From the NCBI GenBank assembly GCA_041583775.1, contig JBFHFF010000003.1, positions 28,547 to 92,546 of the forward strand: a stretch of 64,000 nt of DNA. Direction: 5' to 3'. The notes below the pieces were generated by a model that saw only the letters and a program-made list of their open reading frames with translations, had not been told where the DNA came from and made no database searches. This document shows, piece by piece, positions 58,073 to 64,000 of the stretch; position 1 is the stretch's first letter, and every line of letters starts with the position of its first letter. This DNA comes from Candidatus Moraniibacteriota bacterium (GTDB lineage: Bacteria; Patescibacteriota; Minisyncoccia; Moranbacterales; DUUL01). The position numbers and the translations under genes are program-made.

Positions 58073-61000
58073 ATGAAAAAAGGAAGAATTGTTCCACAAT
58101 ATAATTTTGCTAAAATCGAGAAAAAATGGCAAAAATCTTGGCAAGAGAAAAAAGTTTATGAGGTTGATATAAATAACGCCAAAAAACCTTTTTATAATTT
58201 GATGATGTTTCCGTATCCTTCAGCAGAAGGGTTGCATGTTGGAGGAGTTTATACTTATACGGGAGTTGATGCTTTTGGAAGATTTAAAAGAATGCAAGGG
58301 TATGATGTTTTTGAGCCAATGGGGTTAGATGGTTTTGGAATTCATAGTGAAAATTATGCAATGAAAATTGGTGAACACATTGATGATGTTTCAAAGCGAA
58401 CAGAGAAAAACTTTTATCGACAACTTTCTTCAATTGGAAATATGTTTGATTGGTCAAGAACAGTTGAGACCTATAAACCAGAGTACTACCGTTGGACGCA
58501 ATGGTTGTTTTTGCAACTTTTTAAAAAAGGATTGGCATATCAAAAGAAAGCCAAAGTGAATTGGTGTCCTTCTTGTAAAACTGTTCTTTCTGATGAACAA
58601 GTGATTCAAGGGCAATGTGAGCGATGTGACAGTTTTGTAGAAAAAAGAGAATTAAAACAATGGTTTTTTCGTATCACAAAATATGCAGATCGACTTTTGA
58701 AAAATTTAGATTGGATTGATTGGCCAGAAGATGTAAAAACTAATCAAAGAAATTGGATTGGTAAAAGCGAGGGGGCAAATATCAAGTTTCAAGTTGAAGT
58801 TGCTGGTGAGAACAAGGGTGAATTGGAAGTTTTTACAACTCGTCCAGATACGCTTTTCGGTGCGACTTATATGGTTTTAGCTCCAGAACACGAATTAGTT
58901 CAAAGTGCAAAAGAGGTTATTGAAAATTGGAGTGAGGTGGATAAATATGTCAAAAAAGCAATTAGCAAATCGGAGCAGGAAAGAAAAAATGATGAGAAAA
59001 CTAAAACAGGGGTTGAGTTGAAAGGAATCTCGGCTATCAACCCTGCAAGTGGGGAAAAAATCCCTGTTTGGGTTGCTGACTATGTCTTGGCAGGATATGG
59101 AACAGGAGCAATTATGGCTGTTCCAGCACATGATGCTCGTGATTTTGAATTTGCAAAGAAATTTGGTATTGAAGTTAAATGTGTTGTTGAACCTAAAGAT
59201 TCCAAAACAGGACTTATTTTTAGACTAGGTACTCCAAAAGAGGATCCACAAGAAAAATTAGAAAAAATTTATAAAGGAGAGGAATGTTATGAGGGACTTG
59301 GTGTTTCAATGAATTCAGGATTTTTAAATGGAAAATCAACAACCGAAGCGAAAGCCGAAATGTTGGAATGGTTGGAGAAAAAAAATGTTGGTAAAAAATC
59401 AATTGACTTTAAACTTCGAGATTGGTGTGTTTCTCGTCAGAGATATTGGGGACCTCCAATTCCGATTGTGTGGTGCAAAGAATGTGCGAAGAATCAAAAC
59501 AAACGAAAAGTTTTGATGATTCACGGATTTGAAGGCGTTGGAGACGGAAATTGGTTTCCTCACCTAAAAAAAGAGCTTGAAGAAAAAGGTTGTGAGGTCT
59601 TCACTCCAACATTAGAAACTAATACCAAGCCAGATTTAGAACAATGGATGAAACAATTAAAGCCATATTTGGACAAGTTGGACGAAAATAGTGTTATTAT
59701 TGGTCACAGCCTTGGTTCAAAGGCAATTTTGCATTTATTGGAAGGAAACAAACAAAAAGTTGATAAAATTTTCTTAGTCGCTTCCGCAATTGGCAATCTA
59801 AAGAGAGATTGGAAATGGTTGGCAGATCGATGGAAAAATTCAGATGTAGAGTCTTTGCGCAAATTCTGGGAAGCAGAATTGGATTGGAGCAAGATCAATC
59901 CAAAAGTGAATGAATCTTTTGCAATCGTTTCAAAAGATGATCTATATGTTGATGTTAGTAATTATGAAGCGATGGAGCTTGATGGTTTGAATGTTGAAAT
60001 TTGGGATGGACATAGACACTTTCAACAAACAGAAAATGCTGCATTAAAAGATTTTATTTTCGAAAACCTATTTAGTAATAGCGAAGCGGTTGCAGTTCCT
60101 GTTCCAGACAATCAGTTGCCAGTAAAATTGCCGCCAATGAAAGATTTTCTCCCTGAAGGAACCGGGAAAGGTCCTTTGGCAAAGAATGCTGAGTTTGTGA
60201 AAACAACTTGCCCTGTTTGCGGGGCTGACGCAGAAAGAGAAACTGATGTTTCGGATCCTTTTGTGGATTCTTCTTGGTATTTTTTTAGATATCCGTCAAC
60301 AGAGTTTGATGATGTTGCTTTTGATAAAGAAAGGACTAAGAAATGGCTTCCCGTAGACAGCTATATTGGTGGCAAAGAACACACAGTTTTGCATCTTTTG
60401 TATTCTAGATTTATAACTATGGTGCTTAAGGATTCGGGATATATTGATTTTGATGAGCCATATAAAAAATTCTTTGGGCACGGATTGATTACTAAAGAAG
60501 GTGCTAAAATGTCAAAATCAAAAGGAAATGTTGTAAATCCAGATGTTATGATTGAAAAATATGGGGCTGATACAACAAGAATGTATTTGAGATTTTTAGG
60601 AGACTTTTCTCAGGGAGGGGATTGGCGAGATTCTGGAATAGAAGGTATGAATAGATTTACGAAAAGACTTTGGTCACTCTTTTTTGAACTAGAAGGAAAT
60701 GGAAAAGGGGTTGATGATTTTTCAATGATAGATAAAACAATTAAAGTTGTTGGCGAGGACTTGGAAAAACTTTCATTTAATACTGCCGTTGCTCGTTTGA
60801 TGGAGTTTGTGAATTGGGTAAAAGAGAATAAAAATCAATTCAATGAAAAACAAGTTAAAAAAATCAAAGAAACGATGGCACTTATATTTGCCCCGATGAT
60901 GCCACATATAGCAGAGGAATTTTGGCAAGAAATTGGAGGGGAAAGCTTTGTTTGTGAGCAAAGATGGCCAAACTATGATAAGGACAAAATCATTGATAAT

Positions 61001-61186
61001 GAGATTGAACTTGTGATTCAGGTAAATGGAAAACTTCGAGATAAAATCAAAACACCACGAGATATTACTGAAAATGAAGCAAAAAAAATATCTTTGGAAA
61101 GCGAAAATATACAGAAATTTATCAATGGGAAAGAAGTAAGAAAAGTAATATATGTGCCAGGAAAGCTTGTGAATATAGTTATTTAA
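58073..61186 (+). CDS. leuS: Leucyl-tRNA synthetase carrying an inserted ~200-aa YdeN/RBBP9-type alpha/beta serine hydrolase domain (about 59486..60094), with HIGH motif variant HVGG
   Basis: LeuRS blocks throughout: FPYPSAEGLHVGG, the first zinc knuckle CPSCKT...CERCDS, the CP1 editing domain with TTRPDT and AVPAHDARDFEFA, then RDWCVSRQRYWGPPIPIV, VPDNQLPVKLPP, GAKMSKSKGN and the anticodon-binding C-terminus. After WCKEC lies a complete Ser-hydrolase fold (VLMIHGFEGVGDGNWFPHL...VIIGHSLGS...IFLVASA...SKDDLYVDV...WDGHRHFQ) before CPVCGA. Confidence 0.85.
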   Translation: MKKGRIVPQYNFAKIEKKWQKSWQEKKVYEVDINNAKKPFYNLMMFPYPSAEGLHVGGVYTYTGVDAFGRFKRMQGYDVFEPMGLDGFGIHSENYAMKIGEHIDDVSKRTEKNFYRQLSSIGNMFDWSRTVETYKPEYYRWTQWLFLQLFKKGLAYQKKAKVNWCPSCKTVLSDEQVIQGQCERCDSFVEKRELKQWFFRITKYADRLLKNLDWIDWPEDVKTNQRNWIGKSEGANIKFQVEVAGENKGELEVFTTRPDTLFGATYMVLAPEHELVQSAKEVIENWSEVDKYVKKAISKSEQERKNDEKTKTGVELKGISAINPASGEKIPVWVADYVLAGYGTGAIMAVPAHDARDFEFAKKFGIEVKCVVEPKDSKTGLIFRLGTPKEDPQEKLEKIYKGEECYEGLGVSMNSGFLNGKSTTEAKAEMLEWLEKKNVGKKSIDFKLRDWCVSRQRYWGPPIPIVWCKECAKNQNKRKVLMIHGFEGVGDGNWFPHLKKELEEKGCEVFTPTLETNTKPDLEQWMKQLKPYLDKLDENSVIIGHSLGSKAILHLLEGNKQKVDKIFLVASAIGNLKRDWKWLADRWKNSDVESLRKFWEAELDWSKINPKVNESFAIVSKDDLYVDVSNYEAMELDGLNVEIWDGHRHFQQTENAALKDFIFENLFSNSEAVAVPVPDNQLPVKLPPMKDFLPEGTGKGPLAKNAEFVKTTCPVCGADAERETDVSDPFVDSSWYFFRYPSTEFDDVAFDKERTKKWLPVDSYIGGKEHTVLHLLYSRFITMVLKDSGYIDFDEPYKKFFGHGLITKEGAKMSKSKGNVVNPDVMIEKYGADTTRMYLRFLGDFSQGGDWRDSGIEGMNRFTKRLWSLFFELEGNGKGVDDFSMIDKTIKVVGEDLEKLSFNTAVARLMEFVNWVKENKNQFNEKQVKKIKETMALIFAPMMPHIAEEFWQEIGGESFVCEQRWPNYDKDKIIDNEIELVIQVNGKLRDKIKTPRDITENEAKKISLESENIQKFINGKEVRKVIYVPGKLVNIVI

Positions 61187-61203
61187 TAATTCTGTTTTGG
61201 TAG

Positions 61204-63075
61204 ATGAACACTGAAAAGAAAAGAAAAAAGAAGAAAATTTTAGACCAAATTAATTTTCCACGAGATATCAAAAAAGTAGCAGAAGGGGATTTGAAAATTC
61301 TTTGTAACGAAGTTCGCAATTTTGTTATTGAAACAGTTTCAAAAACAGGCGGGCATTTTGGTTCTAATTTAGGTGTTGTAGAACTAACAGTTGCTTTGCA
61401 TCGTGTCTTTGATACACCAAGAGATCTTTTGGTTTGGGATGTCGGACATCAAGCCTATCCTCACAAAATACTCACCGGGAGAAAAGATCAGATGTGTACT
61501 ATTCGAAAAAAAGGAGGGCTTTCTCCATTTCCTCGGAGAAGTGAAAGTGAATATGATGCTCTTAGTGTGGGACACTCAAGCACTTCAATTAGCGCTGCAA
61601 TTGGAATGGCTCTTGCGAATAAAGGTGAAGTGAAGCCACCAAAAGTAATTGCCGTTATTGGCGATGCAGCACTTACGGGAGGAATGGCGATGGAAGCGCT
61701 TAATCATGCAGGGGATACAAAGGCTGATATTCTTGTCGTGCTTAATGATAATAAAATGTCAATTTCTCCGAATGTAGGAGGAATGAGGAAATATCTTACA
61801 AGAATTATTTCATCAGAACCTTATTTGAAACTAAGAGATAAGGGTGAGAAGGCCTTGGATAAATTTTCTCCTAAGATACAAGATTTAGTTCGCAGGGCGG
61901 ATTCGTATACCAGGGGACTTATAACGAGAGGGACTTTGTTTGAGGAGTTGGGCTTTAAATATTATGGACCAATTGATGGTCATGACATCGAACTTCTTAC
62001 TCAAGTTTTGGAAAATTTAAAGAAAATTGAGGGTCCTAAACTTTTGCATTTGGTAACAACAAAAGGGAAAGGATGTAAATTTGCAGAGGATGACGAATTC
62101 TCTTTGCATGCTGTTAAGCCCTTCGATCCAGTTACTGGGAAAAGATGTGAGAATAAAAAGCCAAAATTAACTTATACAAAAGTTTTTTCAGAGTGGGTTT
62201 GTGATAAGGCCAAAGATGATAAAAATTTACATGCTATTACTCCAGCGATGTGCGAGGGGTCTGGTTTGTCTGAATTTAGCCATAAATTTCCCAACAGATA
62301 TCATGATGTCGGAATTGCTGAACAACATGCAGTGACTTTTGCTGCAGGAATTGCTTGTGAAAAAAAGAAGCCAGTTGTAGCAATATATTCATCTTTCTTG
62401 CAACGGGCATATGATCAGCTTATTCATGATGTTGCGTTGCAAAAACTAGATATACTTTTTGCAATTGATAGGGCGGGAATCGTTGGAGCTGATGGAGCTA
62501 CTCATACCGGAGGATTTGATCTAGCTTTTTTACGCTCCATTCCAGAATTTATTGTGATGGTTCCATCTTCTGAAGATGAATGTTTTGCGATGCTTGATTT
62601 TGGTTATCATCAAGCAGGTCCAGTAGCGGTTAGATATCCACGAGGATGTGGTAATGGAGAATATCAAAATAAAAAGACAGTTTCAATTGAACTTGGAAAG
62701 GCTAAGATTCTATCTCGGGGGAAAAAGATTGCAATATTGGCCTTTGGTCCAATGGTAGAGATTTCTAGAAAAGCAGTGGAAAAACTAGGAGCAACTCTGG
62801 TGGATATGAGGTTTGTTAAACCTTTAGATGAGAAATTATTAAAAAAGCTTGCAAAAACACATAAATATTTTATTACGGTTGAGGATGGTGTAGTTTTGGG
62901 AGGTGCTGGAAGTGCAATTAATGAATTTGTGATGAAGGAGAAATTAAGTGTAAAGGTTGATAATCTTGGACTTCCTGATTGTTTTGTTTCACATGGGAGA
63001 AGGGAGGAAATTCTAGAAGAGGTAGGGCTTTCGAAAGATGGCATTTTGAAGAGTGTAAGAGAATTTGTGGGGTAG
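61204..63075 (+). CDS. dxs: 1-deoxy-D-xylulose-5-phosphate synthase
   Basis: The N-terminal LCNEVRNFVIETVSKTGGHFGSNLGVVELTVALH block is DXS-specific. ThDP-binding GDAALTGGMAMEALNHAG. Transketolase-like C-terminal domains. 623 aa. Confidence 0.9.
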   Translation: MNTEKKRKKKKILDQINFPRDIKKVAEGDLKILCNEVRNFVIETVSKTGGHFGSNLGVVELTVALHRVFDTPRDLLVWDVGHQAYPHKILTGRKDQMCTIRKKGGLSPFPRRSESEYDALSVGHSSTSISAAIGMALANKGEVKPPKVIAVIGDAALTGGMAMEALNHAGDTKADILVVLNDNKMSISPNVGGMRKYLTRIISSEPYLKLRDKGEKALDKFSPKIQDLVRRADSYTRGLITRGTLFEELGFKYYGPIDGHDIELLTQVLENLKKIEGPKLLHLVTTKGKGCKFAEDDEFSLHAVKPFDPVTGKRCENKKPKLTYTKVFSEWVCDKAKDDKNLHAITPAMCEGSGLSEFSHKFPNRYHDVGIAEQHAVTFAAGIACEKKKPVVAIYSSFLQRAYDQLIHDVALQKLDILFAIDRAGIVGADGATHTGGFDLAFLRSIPEFIVMVPSSEDECFAMLDFGYHQAGPVAVRYPRGCGNGEYQNKKTVSIELGKAKILSRGKKIAILAFGPMVEISRKAVEKLGATLVDMRFVKPLDEKLLKKLAKTHKYFITVEDGVVLGGAGSAINEFVMKEKLSVKVDNLGLPDCFVSHGRREEILEEVGLSKDGILKSVREFVG

Positions 63076-63139
63076 GAGTAAAAGTGAATATTATATGTTT
63101 ATTATATAATAATGAGAAATTAATATTTTCGTTATTGTT

Positions 63140-63172
63140 TAAGTCATGAAAATATTTAAAAACATGACTTTG
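63140..63172. promoter_or_regulatory. Inverted repeat AAGTCATG-n17-CATGACTT in the cas12a upstream region (candidate operator or leader hairpin); a TATAAT box lies at 63243..63248
   Basis: Perfect 8-bp inverted repeat directly visible. A TTATAATG -10-like element sits about 30 nt before the Cas12a ATG. Confidence 0.3.
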
Positions 63173-63279
63173 ATTGGCAATGTTTATATCCATTCCAAAG
63201 TTGTTTTATTTGTATATTTAGTAAAAATAGTTAAAAAGAGTTATAATGTATTTGATTATAAACCTTTAACAACAAAAAG

Positions 63280-64000
63280 ATGGATCCTCAAATGTTTAAA
63301 GATTTTACAAATCTCTACGAATTATCTAAGACACTTAGATTTGAATTAAGGCCGACAGGTAAAATAATTGATTCTATAGATTTAAAAACAGGAGAGATCA
63401 AAAAGATAACAATGACCGAAAAGATGTTATTGGAGAACGGGGTTTTTGATAATGACAAGTTAATTCAGGAAAAATATAAAAAAACGAAACCATATTTTGA
63501 TAGATTGCACAGAGAATTTGTTGAAGAATCGTTGTCGGATATTTTACTAAGAGAATTAGATGATTATGAAATCATTTTATCTGATTGGAAAAAGGATAAA
63601 AAAAATAAAGATAAACAAAAAAGATTACAAATTAAGGAAGCTGAATTAAGAAAGCAGGTGGTTAATTTTTTTAATGAAAAAGCGAGAGAGTGGATTCAGC
63701 GATATAGCAACTTGAGGTTTAAAGGTGAGGGAGTAGAATTGTTTTTTGAAGAAGGTGTATTTGCTTTACTAAAGGAAAAATATGGAAAAGAGGATGATGC
63801 AAATATTAAAAACGAGAAGTTTAATAAAGTTGTTTCGATTTTTGATTCTTGGAGGGGTTTTACTGGGTATTTTAAAAAATTTCAAGAAACAAGAAAGAAT
63901 TTTTATAAGGATGATGGTACATCTACAGCATTGGCTACAAGAATAATTGATCAAAATTTAAGAAGATTTACTGATAATTTGCAAGATTTTAAAAGAGTTA
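63280..64000 (+). CDS. cas12a: Type V-A CRISPR effector Cas12a (Cpf1), N-terminal ~240 aa; the gene continues beyond the window end
   Basis: Translation MDPQMFKDFTNLYELSKTLRFELRPTGKI... carries the Cas12a N-terminal hallmark (F-T-N-L-Y-x-L/V-SKTLRFEL-x-P-x-GKT). Later FTGYFKKFQETRKNFYKDDGTSTALATRIIDQNLRRF matches the Cas12a WED/REC1 block (T/S-x-F-x-x-x-RKN-x-Y/F...STA..(H/T)RI(V/A)D-N...F). It is absent from the ORF track only because it is truncated by the window edge. Confidence 0.85.
   Translation, partial: MDPQMFKDFTNLYELSKTLRFELRPTGKIIDSIDLKTGEIKKITMTEKMLLENGVFDNDKLIQEKYKKTKPYFDRLHREFVEESLSDILLRELDDYEIILSDWKKDKKNKDKQKRLQIKEAELRKQVVNFFNEKAREWIQRYSNLRFKGEGVELFFEEGVFALLKEKYGKEDDANIKNEKFNKVVSIFDSWRGFTGYFKKFQETRKNFYKDDGTSTALATRIIDQNLRRFTDNLQDFKRV

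Noticed and set aside
58235-58246. HVGG replacing the HIGH motif, interpreted as evidence that this LeuRS is catalytically dead
   Set aside because: KMSKS, the zinc knuckles, the editing site and the anticodon-binding domain are intact. A single substitution in HIGH could still support activity or be a sequencing error. It is noted within the LeuRS finding, not claimed as loss of function.
58073-61186. An intein as the explanation for the extra ~200 aa in LeuRS
   Set aside because: The insert has a G-H-S-L-G-S nucleophile elbow and alpha/beta-hydrolase blocks. It lacks intein splice-junction residues: no N-terminal Cys/Ser directly after the extein, no terminal HN followed by Cys/Ser/Thr, and no HNH or LAGLIDADG motifs.
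63146-63349. 67-aa ORF from the track overlapping the Cas12a start region
   Set aside because: It is in a different frame from the strongly supported Cas12a N-terminus (start 63280/63292) and is low-complexity and AT-rich. It is most likely spurious.

Overview
Low-GC, gene-dense bacterial window (about 33% GC, ~90% coding) with a strong Candidate Phyla Radiation / Parcubacteria-like flavour. It has many small secreted or membrane proteins and an archaeal-type minimal Suf system. It encodes eukaryote/archaea-like Elp3 and Trm9-like tRNA enzymes, and a Cas12a whose N-terminus closely resembles the Parcubacteria Cpf1 family. UGA is a stop codon here: prfB is present with the classic CTT-TGA-C +1 frameshift site, so translation table 11 applies, not 25.

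Recognisable housekeeping genes: prfB, ftsE, ftsX, sufC, a short sufBD, murJ, an ABC-F ATPase, a class A PBP, groEL (no adjacent groES), lepA, gpmI, leuS, dxs, tRNA-Thr(CGU), a lytic transglycosylase, a Nudix hydrolase and a cyclophilin.

Accessory or unusual content:
- A minus-strand cluster of secreted repeat proteins (DUF5648-like repeats fused to SpoIID/LytB; FN3 + FG-GAP), two of them behind a shared promoter motif.
- A pheA - tyrA(with C-terminal chorismate mutase) - aminotransferase mini-cluster.
- LutA-like and LutB-like Fe-S proteins at separate loci.
- A tandem pair of paralogous Cys-containing small membrane proteins.
- A 7.3-kb operon with a 7TM protein plus four RimK-family ATP-grasp ligases. 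One is fused to a retropepsin-like protease, one has a novel 300-aa C-terminal domain, and two are recent tandem duplicates. A 550-aa acidic orphan protein sits among them. This is the best candidate for an undescribed peptide/protein-tagging system.
- A divergent Elp3 / Trm9-like pair, suggesting an mcm5U-type wobble modification pathway.
- An alpha-glucan cluster (glycogen-synthase-like GT, GH57, GH15).
- A leucyl-tRNA synthetase with a complete YdeN/RBBP9-type serine hydrolase domain inserted between the CxxC pairs of its zinc knuckle, and a degenerate HIGH motif (HVGG).
- The 5' end of a type V-A Cas12a gene running off the right edge of the window.

No transposases or integrases, and no CRISPR array, were found inside the window.
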